Shown here in pieces: positions 47,618-56,375 of a stretch of 64,000 nt of DNA (within the stretch, counting starts at the first letter, position 1; every line of letters starts with the position of its first letter). Made by a program: the position numbers and the translations under genes. This DNA is from Woeseiaceae bacterium (GTDB lineage Bacteria > Pseudomonadota > Gammaproteobacteria > Steroidobacterales > Woeseiaceae), in contig OZ271838.1 of the NCBI GenBank assembly GCA_965601785.1, positions 3,698,916 through 3,762,915 of the forward strand, read 5' to 3'. Under the pieces are notes generated by a model that was not told the origin of the DNA, searched no databases, and was given only the letters and a program-made list of their open reading frames with translations.

Positions 47618-48474
47618 TAGTCGGCTTTCTCGCTCAGTAGTGGCGCATCGTCGATGACGAAGGCCTCGCCATCGATGGATTTCAGGCGCGTCTTGCCGCT
47701 GCCCGGCTGGACGCCGTCCAGTCCGAGAAGTCGGCGCGTGTGTTGCATCGGGTCTTCGGGTGCCGAGAAGTCGGCACGGAGGTAGCTACCGCCCTGCTCG
47801 CAAATGTAGTTCGCATAGACCTGGGCGCAGAGCATGTCGGCGTACTGCAGGATGTCGCGGAAGAACCCGTTGTCACTCAGGAACTGGCTCAGCTCCTCGC
47901 GCAGCATCAGGAAGGTCCCGTAGCCGTCGCCAACGGGAATCGTCAGCGCATCGATATCGCCGTCGGTGTGCCAGATCTCGCGCAGCACGCCCGTATTCGC
48001 ACGCGCGTCCCACACCCAGCGGTTCATGATCGGGTAGCGCTCGGGCTCGACGTTGTGCAGGAGCTCGGTGGCAAGGTCGCGCACCCAGCGATGCTTCTTG
48101 TCACGCGGGAAACGCTCGACGAAGACCGTGACGCGCTGGTCGACGGGTTCGACATCGTCGAAGAGGGCCGGCATCGCATCGGCGATACGGTAGAAAGAGG
48201 CCTCATCGAGCCAGGGCGCTACGCGGCGGCGCACGGTCGCCATGAAGGTACAGAGCCCTTTGAAGGACTCGATGCCGACGCGCTCGGGACCGTCTTTGAA
48301 GGCTTCCTGGAACATGGCGCTCTTGAGCTTGATCGCGTCTGCGTAGCGTTCGACGCCGCCATGCTCCTCGGCGCCCTGCACCATTTGCTCCAGCGCGGCG
48401 CGGAGCGCCTGCCCGTCGAGGTCGAGTACCGGGCGCTCGATGTCCTTGGGTTTGACGGCGAACAGGGAAGCCAT
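47617..48474 (-). CDS. shdrH: sHdrH-position conserved hypothetical protein
   Basis: 285 aa from the ATG at 48474, 4 nt after the shdrA stop. TAATG overlap with shdrC2. Its position matches the hyp gene of shdrC1B1A-hyp-C2B2 clusters. No cofactor motif seen. Confidence 0.6.
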   Translation of the reverse strand: MASLFAVKPKDIERPVLDLDGQALRAALEQMVQGAEEHGGVERYADAIKLKSAMFQEAFKDGPERVGIESFKGLCTFMATVRRRVAPWLDEASFYRIADAMPALFDDVEPVDQRVTVFVERFPRDKKHRWVRDLATELLHNVEPERYPIMNRWVWDARANTGVLREIWHTDGDIDALTIPVGDGYGTFLMLREELSQFLSDNGFFRDILQYADMLCAQVYANYICEQGGSYLRADFSAPEDPMQHTRRLLGLDGVQPGSGKTRLKSIDGEAFVIDDAPLLSEKAD

Positions 48475-48478
48475 GGCC

Positions 48479-49537
48479 TCAGGCAGACTCGGCGATAGCG
48501 CTCTCAGCCTCACGGCTGGCAGAAAGCACCGCCATGGCGGCCGCGTGACCCTGCGCGATCGAATCGTCGATCGTCTCGGGACCCGTAGCGGAACCCGCCA
48601 CGTAGACGCCCGGGCGCGAGGTCTCACCCATGGCGCCGTAGCGATTCGCGGCGTCGATGTAGCCGTGCTGTTCGAGATCGATACCAAAGGTGCCGGCGAT
48701 GTCCCGGTTGTCGACATTCGGGTCCATGCCAATCGCGTGCACGACCATGTCGAACGGAATCGTGATCGGTCGCTTCACGAGTGTATCTTCGCCCTTGACG
48801 ATGAGCTTCTCGCCGTCGGACGTGACTTCCGCGATGCGCGCCTTGATGTACTTGACCTTGAACTCTTCCTGGCTGCGCCAGTAGTACTTGGTCTCGTATA
48901 GCCCGAAGGTACGGATGTCCATGTAGTAGATATAGACATGGCAGTCCGGCAGCTCCTCGCGAATCTCCATGGCCATGTTCGCAGACACGGTGCAGCAGAT
49001 CTTCGAGCACCACTCCCGGCCGATCTGCCGGTCGCGCGAACCGACGCAGAGCAGGATCGCGACACGCTCGGGCTTGCGGCCGTCAGAGGGACAGCGCACG
49101 CCCTGTCCCGAGGAGATCATCTGTTCGACCTGGGTCGTCGTAACGACGTCAGGGAAGGTGCCGAAGCCCCACTCCGGCTTGTTGACCGAGTCGAAGTGTG
49201 TGAAACCGCTGCAGAGTATCGCCGCTTCCGCCTCGAGGCTCTCACCGTTGGACAGCTTTGCCTCGAAGTCGCCCGGTGAGCCGTCGAACTGCGTGACCGT
49301 GGCGCCGGTGACAACCTTGACGTGGGGATTTCCTTCGACGCGGTCCACCATGCCGCCAATGGCATCCTTCGCCCATTCGCCCGAGGGTACGAGCTTGGCG
49401 TAGCCCGACAGGATCGGCGCGCCGCCGAGGCGGTCTTCCTTCTCGACGATGACGCAGTCCTTGCCGACAGTGGCGAGGCTGTGTGCGGCGGCGAGTCCGG
49501 CGGGTCCGCCACCGAGGATCAGTACCGGCTTGCTCAT
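48479..49537 (-). CDS. shdrA: sHdrA, short HdrA-like FAD/[4Fe-4S] flavoprotein
   Basis: 352 aa with ILGGGPAGLAAA dinucleotide-binding motif and Cys cluster CVGSRD...CSKICC. ATGA overlap with shdrB1. Confidence 0.85.
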   Translation of the reverse strand: MSKPVLILGGGPAGLAAAHSLATVGKDCVIVEKEDRLGGAPILSGYAKLVPSGEWAKDAIGGMVDRVEGNPHVKVVTGATVTQFDGSPGDFEAKLSNGESLEAEAAILCSGFTHFDSVNKPEWGFGTFPDVVTTTQVEQMISSGQGVRCPSDGRKPERVAILLCVGSRDRQIGREWCSKICCTVSANMAMEIREELPDCHVYIYYMDIRTFGLYETKYYWRSQEEFKVKYIKARIAEVTSDGEKLIVKGEDTLVKRPITIPFDMVVHAIGMDPNVDNRDIAGTFGIDLEQHGYIDAANRYGAMGETSRPGVYVAGSATGPETIDDSIAQGHAAAMAVLSASREAESAIAESA

Positions 49538-50892
49538 TTCGGGCCCTCCACGGCACGGAAGCCCGGACCGGAGGTAATCATCTTGCGCGGATCGTAGAGC
49601 GTCTCGCCCCGGCCGGCCTCGACTTCCTTGAGATAGTCTTCGAACTCCGCCTTCTTCGCCTGCCAGTCGATACCGAGTTTCTCCATTAGCGACTCGGTCG
49701 ACGAGGCGTGCCAGTGTGACTGCACGATCTTATAGGGATGCGCGCCGCACACGAGCGCTGCGAACTGGACGTCGGCGAGCACGGGCAGGTCGACCGGCTT
49801 GCCGGCCGCGGCGCCGATCCACTGGTTCTTGTCGAGCGTCGTGATGCAGCCCGTGTCGTGGCCAACCATCATGTCGGCACGCGCCTCTTCCTGGGCGACG
49901 CGAATCTTGCGATCGATCGCGAAAGACCGCGTGAATTCGCGCTCGGAGATGATGTGCCGGAACCCGAAGCCGCAGCAGTCGTACCAGGTCGAGTAGTCGA
50001 TCACCTGGGTACCCAGCGCCTCCATCAAGCCGGTCGTCACCGCGACGCGGTTGCCCTCGAGGATGTCGTCGTCGTAAATCGCATCCTCGGGCACCATCTT
50101 GTAGACATGGCAGGCCGGGTGCACGGTCGCACGAATGTGGCTGCAGTCGATGACCTGGCGCTTCTTGATCTCGTGGCGCATGACGTGCAGCCACTCGGAG
50201 TAGTGCACGACCTCCTCGGGAATGAGCAGCTTGCCGTCGACGAGCCGGCCGAGCTTGCCGAGGATGGTCTTCATACGCTCGCGCAGCTTGGCGGACTGGA
50301 TCAGGTAGCCGCGCACTTCCTTGTAATTGCCGAAGGAGGTACCGCAGTGCACAAGCGGGTAGTAATACGATTCCGGCAGACCCTGCGCCTTGGCGGCGAC
50401 GTAGGCCTGGTGGAAGTTACGCAGGAACACGGCCGCGAGGCTCTCGATGTTGCCGATACCCGAGCCGTGGTAGTTCCAGGCCGTGCAGGAGGTCTGGTCG
50501 GTCTCGTCGAGGTACTCGATGCCCATCTCGTTCATGAGCCAGAGTAGGGACGCCGGGTAGCCCGGGATGTTGCCGCACTGTCCGCAGGACTTGTGATGCC
50601 AGAGGCGCGTGGTCGGGATCTTCTTGTCCCAGCCGTACAGCGTCTTGACCATGACGGGTTCGTGCTCGTCGCTGACGCGATGCACGACGATCTCGCCGTC
50701 CTTCTCCAGCTCCCACATGGCATCGCGAACATCTTCGACGCGATCCTTGTTAGTCAGCATGGACCGCTTGTTGATGATCTGGTCGACCCAGACCGTCGCG
50801 ACGTGGGCATCTTCCTTGCTGAGGTTAGCGTCCTGCCATTCGGCGCCATGGCCGGTAAAGCGCTCGCCGTCGTTGCCGTTACCGTGGTTCAT
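49534..50892 (-). CDS. shdrB1: sHdrB1, heterodisulfide reductase subunit B-like
   Basis: 452 aa with Cys motifs HKSCGQCGN and YDCCGFGFRH (CCG domain). Confidence 0.85.
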   Translation of the reverse strand: MNHGNGNDGERFTGHGAEWQDANLSKEDAHVATVWVDQIINKRSMLTNKDRVEDVRDAMWELEKDGEIVVHRVSDEHEPVMVKTLYGWDKKIPTTRLWHHKSCGQCGNIPGYPASLLWLMNEMGIEYLDETDQTSCTAWNYHGSGIGNIESLAAVFLRNFHQAYVAAKAQGLPESYYYPLVHCGTSFGNYKEVRGYLIQSAKLRERMKTILGKLGRLVDGKLLIPEEVVHYSEWLHVMRHEIKKRQVIDCSHIRATVHPACHVYKMVPEDAIYDDDILEGNRVAVTTGLMEALGTQVIDYSTWYDCCGFGFRHIISEREFTRSFAIDRKIRVAQEEARADMMVGHDTGCITTLDKNQWIGAAAGKPVDLPVLADVQFAALVCGAHPYKIVQSHWHASSTESLMEKLGIDWQAKKAEFEDYLKEVEAGRGETLYDPRKMITSGPGFRAVEGPK

Positions 50893-50948
50893 CGTTGTAC
50901 TCCTGGTGTCACCGGGCAGGCGCGCCGAGACGCCACCTGCGCAAGTTC

Positions 50949-51692
50949 TCAGTCGTCCTGCTCGTCGAGGAAGTCCTCATAGTCGTCGCGCTTCTCGTCC
51001 ATGATGTCGCTGATGACGTCGAACAGGTTTTCGTCAATGGTCTCAAGGCTGTCGAGCACACCGGTCTCTTCCCAGATCGTGTAGAGCTCGACGGATGTCT
51101 TGAGGTTGACCTCCCACGCCGTCTTGGTCGTGTGCAGCGTGGGCATCGGGATAGCCTTGCGCAGCGTCGTAAGCGGCGCATCGACTTTCGAGATATTCGG
51201 CCCCCAGTCCGCGAAACCCTCGGGGTTAATCATGTCGGGCGACAGCTGGTTGCCCGTGGAAATCAGCTTGAGCATGACGCGGCTGAAGGGCCTCAGCACG
51301 CTTTTCGCGGATTCCATGCCGTGCTTGATCGCGGTCTCGCGCATAAGCATGACGAGCCCGCCCGGCGAGTTGCCGAAGGGACAGCGCGCAGCGCAGGTGT
51401 AGCACTGCGCACAGGACCAGATCTTCTCCTGCATCGCATCGTGGATGCCTTCGAGGTTCTCGGTCCACAGCAGCTGCACGATCTCGCGCGGGCTGAAGTC
51501 GTAGTAATGCGCCGCGGGGCAGGTTGCCGTACAGATACCGCAGTTCAGGCAGCCGTTGAGTTCGTGGTCAAAACGCAGGTCGGCCTGGATGTCCTGGAAG
51601 ATCTCTTCGAGTTGTTCACGATCGACCGGCGGCGAATCCGACACCGGATCGCCCATAACGTGTTGAACTCGGCTGGTGGCGGAATGCGACAT
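50949..51692 (-). CDS. shdrC1: sHdrC1, heterodisulfide reductase subunit C-like ferredoxin
   Basis: Two [4Fe-4S] motifs: CLNCGICTATCP and CAQCYTCAARCP. Confidence 0.85.
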   Translation of the reverse strand: MSHSATSRVQHVMGDPVSDSPPVDREQLEEIFQDIQADLRFDHELNGCLNCGICTATCPAAHYYDFSPREIVQLLWTENLEGIHDAMQEKIWSCAQCYTCAARCPFGNSPGGLVMLMRETAIKHGMESAKSVLRPFSRVMLKLISTGNQLSPDMINPEGFADWGPNISKVDAPLTTLRKAIPMPTLHTTKTAWEVNLKTSVELYTIWEETGVLDSLETIDENLFDVISDIMDEKRDDYEDFLDEQDD

Positions 51693-51714
51693 GGTCTTGG
51701 TCCTCTCTGTGCGC

Positions 51715-52092
51715 CTAGTAGGACAGGACCCTGCAGTCGCCTTCCATGACCTCTTCGATCAGGTGGGCGCCACCGACTATGCCTTCGCATTCGGGGATCA
51801 GGTCGTCCTTGGTCATATCGAACAGGTCGAGGTTCGGCGAGCAGCAGAAGAACTTGACGCCGGCCTCGTGGGCATCCTGGATGAAGCTGTAGACGCTCTT
51901 CGGCGACCCTTCCTTGACGAACAGGGTCTCGGCGACGCCTTTCTTCATCAGGCGGCCGGACGTTGCGGTGCAGATGACGTCGACGTCGTAGTCCATGGCG
52001 GCGGCAACCGTCGCCTGGAAAATCGGCGCTCCGAGCTCCTCGCCGTTACGCGGGTCGGTATTCGCCATGACGATAATGAGTTTCTCAGCCAT
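51715..52092 (-). CDS. dsrE3: DsrE3-family sulfurtransferase (DsrE/DsrF fold)
   Basis: 125 aa with a DsrE-like fold and conserved Cys in FFCCSPN. GGAGAGAGGG SD. First gene of the shdr transcription unit. Confidence 0.75.
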   Translation of the reverse strand: MAEKLIIVMANTDPRNGEELGAPIFQATVAAAMDYDVDVICTATSGRLMKKGVAETLFVKEGSPKSVYSFIQDAHEAGVKFFCCSPNLDLFDMTKDDLIPECEGIVGGAHLIEEVMEGDCRVLSY

Positions 52093-52112
52093 CCCTCTCT
52101 CCCCCTGGCTGG

Positions 52113-52134
52113 TGAACGGCGGACAAGCCGTTCA
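52113..52134. promoter_or_regulatory. Inverted repeat TGAACGGC-N6-GCCGTTCA between the GATase1-like gene and dsrE3 (operator, or weak terminator/attenuator)
   Basis: 8-bp perfect arms read directly from the sequence, flanked by the AT-rich tract TTAATTAGCATATACTAAATTA (52139-52160). Confidence 0.3.
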
Positions 52135-52161
52135 ACAGTTAATTAGCATATACTAAATTAC

Positions 52162-52893
52162 TCAAGTATCCAAACCGCCGACACCCGCATCGAGCGCCTT
52201 CGGCGTTGACATAAGCGCCGTGCGCTGCACGAGCCCGGTCATGATCGGCACCAGCTCATCCTCGAGCCGGGGCTGCAAACCGCGGAGTACCTCGAGCTTC
52301 GCCGGCGCATCGTCGGGCACCTCTTCGAACTCCATGACGAGGTCCTCGATCATCCCCAGTTTGATACCGGGATTGCCGGCGAATCCATACGCATTTTCGC
52401 CAACTTGAAAGACTGCGGGCTCCCCGGCCGCGTCGACCGCCAGCACAGTCGCGTCGGAGGGCGGCACCGCTCGATCGCGCATGTAGGTCACCTGGCAGAA
52501 GGTCTCGGGCAGGAAACCGTTGAGCGCGTCGTCCCGCGTGCGCGTCGCCTCGCCAATATCGAACGCGAGCGGCGTCGGCGCAGAGCCGCCACCGGCTGCT
52601 ATCGCAAGTATCTGGGCGCCGAGGCCGAAGCCGACGACGGGGGTCCCTTCCTCGAGCCGCTGCCGGGTAAGCTCGACCTCGCGATCGAGCGTCGGCAGGT
52701 CGCGACCGCCCGCCGAGCCCCATGGACCGCCTCCAAGCAGGAACAGCGCGTCGGCTGGCAGCTCCGCCTCCGGCAGGCTGCCGGCCGCGAACGGCCGGAA
52801 ATACTGGAATCGAATCCGGCGACCCTCGAGATGATCTTCCATTAGCCCCAGGTACTCGCCGGACGTATGCTGGATTACCGCCACGACGTTCAT
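52162..52893 (-). CDS. Class-I glutamine-amidotransferase-fold protein lacking the Cys-His-Glu triad
   Basis: 243 aa from the ATG at 52893. GATase1-like layout, but the nucleophile elbow reads GFGLGAQ (canonical G-x-C-x-G-H-Q) and the HPE position reads GNPG. Confidence 0.6.
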   Translation of the reverse strand: MNVVAVIQHTSGEYLGLMEDHLEGRRIRFQYFRPFAAGSLPEAELPADALFLLGGGPWGSAGGRDLPTLDREVELTRQRLEEGTPVVGFGLGAQILAIAAGGGSAPTPLAFDIGEATRTRDDALNGFLPETFCQVTYMRDRAVPPSDATVLAVDAAGEPAVFQVGENAYGFAGNPGIKLGMIEDLVMEFEEVPDDAPAKLEVLRGLQPRLEDELVPIMTGLVQRTALMSTPKALDAGVGGLDT

Positions 52894-52945
52894 TGCGGCG
52901 CCCTCGCGACGGGCGAGCTTGAACGCGTCGTCGGCCTTGCTGCAC

Positions 52946-54022
52946 TCAGCCACGACGGTCAGCAGCCAGCGCGCTGTCGATCGCGGCAATGAAGTCGGAC
53001 GGCAGTACGCTCAGGGTATCGGTCGGGTGCGCATCGAAGAACGCCTCAATGGCGGCGGCGTATTCGTCGAGTCCGGCGCCGGCGAGATGCGCCTCGAGAT
53101 CGAGCACGAAGCGCGGTGGCGTTACGAAGAAGTCGCCGGTAAACAGCACGCGCTGCAGCAGCCTGCGCGGCGGGCTCTCGAGTTTCAGGTAAGCATCGAT
53201 CGTGCCGCCGGCACTCGTATGGCTACCGGCGAGGAAGCCGCTGTCATCCCTGACGTTATCGATCTCGAACAGGAACTCGTCCTTGCCGATCTCCTCGTCG
53301 AAGCAGTGGCTCGCGAGGCCTTCTTCCTGCTCAGTGATCTCGCCCGGACTCGCCTCGATGCCGAGCCTCTCGGTCAGGCCCTTAACGACCGCCGCCTTGA
53401 CCGCGTCGAGATCCGGCATATCGTCGCCCAGGAGGTCGCGGAGACTCACGACACGATCCGCCGCCGAACCGAGCTCGCGCTTCGCGAGCTTGCTGTCGGG
53501 TACGCGCAGGGCTTTGACCATCCGGTCGGCGTCGAAATCGACGAGCACCGTGCCCTGGTAGATCAGCACGTCGCCGTCGTAGAAGCCGCCCGTGCCGCTG
53601 ATCTTGCGGCCGTCCACCTCGATGTCGTTGCGCGGTCGAAAGCGGGCGTCGATACCCAGCGTGGACAGCCCGGCGGCGACCGCGTTACAGATCTCTCTTG
53701 CCACGTCGGGCAGCTTGGCGACCCCCAGCGCGGAGCGGTGGAAAACGAGTTCCCAGCCGAGCTGGCTCTCGTCGAGATAAATCGCGCCGCCGCCCGTGAT
53801 GCGGCGGACGAGACCAATGCCATTCGCCTCGCAGTACAGCCTGTTGACCTCGAGGCTCAGGTCCTGGTGGCGACCCACGAGGACCGTCGGCGGAAAGCGC
53901 AGGAAGCGAATCGTGTCGGGCACGAGGTTCTGCTGGCGCGCCTCGATCAGCGCGGCATCGAACGCGATATTCGCGCGGCCCTCGCGGACGCCGGTATCGA
54001 TGATCCGGAACGGGTCACCCAT
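52946..54022 (-). CDS. slpl(AB): Lipoate-protein ligase, sLpl(AB) type
   Basis: 358 aa with LplA motifs RRITGGGAIYLD and VDGRKISGTG. A C-terminal accessory domain is fused. It lies in the cluster with lbpA. Confidence 0.85.
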   Translation of the reverse strand: MGDPFRIIDTGVREGRANIAFDAALIEARQQNLVPDTIRFLRFPPTVLVGRHQDLSLEVNRLYCEANGIGLVRRITGGGAIYLDESQLGWELVFHRSALGVAKLPDVAREICNAVAAGLSTLGIDARFRPRNDIEVDGRKISGTGGFYDGDVLIYQGTVLVDFDADRMVKALRVPDSKLAKRELGSAADRVVSLRDLLGDDMPDLDAVKAAVVKGLTERLGIEASPGEITEQEEGLASHCFDEEIGKDEFLFEIDNVRDDSGFLAGSHTSAGGTIDAYLKLESPPRRLLQRVLFTGDFFVTPPRFVLDLEAHLAGAGLDEYAAAIEAFFDAHPTDTLSVLPSDFIAAIDSALAADRRG

Positions 54023-54034
54023 CAGCTGGCTGCC

Positions 54035-55285
54035 CTATTCGACGGTAACCGGGATGTCGAGCTGCCGGCGAATCTTCTTCAGGTCCTTCTTGCCCGGCTG
54101 GAATGGATAGCTCGCGATATCGCTTGGCGGTGAGTCGCCGTAGGGGCGATCACAGGCCGAGATGTCCTCCCGGACCTTGCCGGGGCAGCCTGACGTGCGG
54201 AACGCCACGCCCTCGGCGATGACGGCATCGAGTTCCGCCGCCGGTATGCCGAAGTCGGTCACCCTGCCCTGTTCATCGAAGCGCATATGGTCGACGCGCA
54301 CGTCGCGGTAATCGATGAGGTAGCGGGCGAGCTGCACGCGCCGCCACTGGTCGCGCGGCGTCGCAGGCAGATGGTCCATCAGGGAACCGTCTTCAGGGAA
54401 GAAACAGAACATATGGCTGTGGCCGCCAAGGTCGACGAGGCGCTGTACGAGCGTCAGCACTTCGTGTTCGGTTTCGCCCATGCCGACGATGATGTGGGCG
54501 CCAAACTTCTCGGGCCCGAAAATATCCGCTGCATCCTCGAGGATTTCCCAGTACTTCGACCACTTGTGTGGCGACTGCACACCCTTGCCGCGCGTGCGGT
54601 CGAATACCTCAGGAGTCGCGGCATCGAGGGCAACCGTGAAGATATCGGCACCGAGATCACGCGTCTTCTGGACGTCCTCGCGAGTCATCGTCGTCGGATT
54701 GGAGAGGATCGATACCGGTATCTCGTGCGGTTCGATGCGATCGGTCCACTGCTTGAGCACCGTGAAGGTGTCGTCTTCCGATCGCGGGTGCGTGATCATC
54801 GAGATGCACATGCGATGGAAAGGACTCGACGCCGGATCCTTTGCCACGATGTCGATGATCTGGGACATCGGCACGGCGGGCCAGTCGACGCGAATAAAGT
54901 TCCGGTCCGCGTAATCGCGATCCGCCTCGCGGTGGCGGGCGAGGCCACAGTAGGCGCAGTTGGCGCGACAGCCCTCAGGATAGGTCAGGAGCAGATTCAG
55001 GCAACGCGTGCACTCGCAGCCGTACATCTTGCCGCCCATGATGCCGAGCGTAATCGCGGCGGCCGTCGACAGCTGTACGTACTCGGGCGACTTCATGTGC
55101 GGCGCCAGTATGTTGTTGTTGGGCAGGTAGACACCTTCGGGCGGAATGTCGTTTGCCTTGACGTGCTTGCCGTTCCGGCGCTCGGCGGGTGTACGCTCGG
55201 GGCTTCGCGGCTGCATGGCGCCGAACGCATTGAAATCGACGCTGCTCTCTTCGGCGGGGCTCTTTTTCTGCTCGATACAACTCAT
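54035..55285 (-). CDS. Radical SAM protein, LipS1/LipS2-type lipoyl synthase component
   Basis: 416 aa with a CX3CX2C motif (CRANCAYC) preceded by an extra CECTRC Cys cluster. I cannot assign it to S1 or S2 by eye. Confidence 0.7.
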   Translation of the reverse strand: MSCIEQKKSPAEESSVDFNAFGAMQPRSPERTPAERRNGKHVKANDIPPEGVYLPNNNILAPHMKSPEYVQLSTAAAITLGIMGGKMYGCECTRCLNLLLTYPEGCRANCAYCGLARHREADRDYADRNFIRVDWPAVPMSQIIDIVAKDPASSPFHRMCISMITHPRSEDDTFTVLKQWTDRIEPHEIPVSILSNPTTMTREDVQKTRDLGADIFTVALDAATPEVFDRTRGKGVQSPHKWSKYWEILEDAADIFGPEKFGAHIIVGMGETEHEVLTLVQRLVDLGGHSHMFCFFPEDGSLMDHLPATPRDQWRRVQLARYLIDYRDVRVDHMRFDEQGRVTDFGIPAAELDAVIAEGVAFRTSGCPGKVREDISACDRPYGDSPPSDIASYPFQPGKKDLKKIRRQLDIPVTVE

Positions 55286-55302
55286 GATCGATTACTCACA
55301 GG

Positions 55303-56340
55303 TCAGGCCGCGCAGGAACGCGCGATCGTTGGAGAGGCGTCGCTGCCCAGCTTGATCGAGCAGCAGGAGTGGGCCTGTACGAAAGGCCGGCCGATTTCGT
55401 GTGCGACCGAGACAGCGCCATCGGCCGGGAACGCGATACCGTCGAGCCCGGCCATAATCGCGTAGGCATCGGTCACGCGCTTGTGCATACCCGGCGGCCT
55501 GGCGCAGCCGAGCAGTACCTGCTTGTCGGCAAGCCGCTGCCGCGCCTCGCCGAAGATACGGCCCACATCGCCCGTCGACGGCGTAACGAAGGTGCCGGGC
55601 TTCGCGTAGAACGGCATGATGACGACGAGCACCAGCGCGGTCACCGGGTAGCGGCTGACGATATCGAGTGCGCGGGACTCGCCGAGGATGCGCCCGTAGT
55701 GCAGGCCGACGACGATGTGCGGCGTCACTTCCATGCCCGTGCTGCACAGTGCCGCGAGCGTCGACTCGAAGTCTTCTACCGGCCGATCGAGCTTGTAGAC
55801 CTCGCGGATCGTGTCGTCGTGACCGATCACATCCATCATGACCGTATCGACGCCTGCCGACTCCATGGCCTTCGCGCGTTGCTCGTCAAGGAGTGCACTG
55901 TGGATGGCGACGCTGAGATCCGGAAAATCCCGCTTCAGACCCTCGACGACCGGCAGGAAACGACCGTAGTTGATCTCGTTCTTGCGATTCGAGCCGCCGG
56001 ACAGGAGGAAGCCCTTTAGGCCGTCGCTCTCGATCAGCGCCCGGACCTTTGCATCAAGCATCTCCGGGTTTGTCGCCGGGATCATTGGCTCGAGGATCTT
56101 CTTCTGGCAATGATCGCAGTTGAGTCCGCACTCGCCCGCCGTAATCGAGAACGCGGGAAAGCTGTTCTTGCCGCAACCCTTGAGTTCACTCGAGGCGTAC
56201 TCCTTGAAGGTTGGGGTAGAGAAACGGACAGGGCGTTCGCGGACCCGATCGGCGCGCGACTCGAACTCGGCCACGAGGCCCTCGTCGAACTCCGCATCCT
56301 CGAGATCCTCGATATGTTTAAGCGCGTCAAGCCAGGTCAT
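55303..56340 (-). CDS. Radical SAM protein, LipS1/LipS2-type lipoyl synthase component
   Basis: 345 aa with a CX3CX2C motif (CGLNCDHC) and C-terminal Cys (HSCCS). 17 nt from the next radical SAM gene. Confidence 0.7.
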   Translation of the reverse strand: MTWLDALKHIEDLEDAEFDEGLVAEFESRADRVRERPVRFSTPTFKEYASSELKGCGKNSFPAFSITAGECGLNCDHCQKKILEPMIPATNPEMLDAKVRALIESDGLKGFLLSGGSNRKNEINYGRFLPVVEGLKRDFPDLSVAIHSALLDEQRAKAMESAGVDTVMMDVIGHDDTIREVYKLDRPVEDFESTLAALCSTGMEVTPHIVVGLHYGRILGESRALDIVSRYPVTALVLVVIMPFYAKPGTFVTPSTGDVGRIFGEARQRLADKQVLLGCARPPGMHKRVTDAYAIMAGLDGIAFPADGAVSVAHEIGRPFVQAHSCCSIKLGSDASPTIARSCAA

Positions 56341-56375
56341 TGTGTGACTCCCCCCGAGTCGTCCGGCGAATCGGC

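Noticed and set aside
45904-51692. Alternative reading of the Hdr-like genes as methanogen-type heterodisulfide reductase, or as LutABC, GlcF or GlpC-type CCG proteins.
   Set aside because: HdrA is the short 352-aa form without the ferredoxin or MvhD-type extensions. Two HdrB/HdrC pairs flank a hypothetical gene. The neighbours are DsrE3, TusA, LbpA and a lipoate ligase, not lactate, glycolate or methanogenesis genes.
52919-55465. Two long plus-strand ORFs (52919..54133, 404 aa; 54287..55465, 392 aa) opposite the lipoate ligase and radical SAM genes.
   Set aside because: The minus-strand products carry LplA and CX3CX2C radical SAM motifs and are tightly spaced as an operon. The plus-strand products are Arg/Asp/Ala-rich with no motifs.
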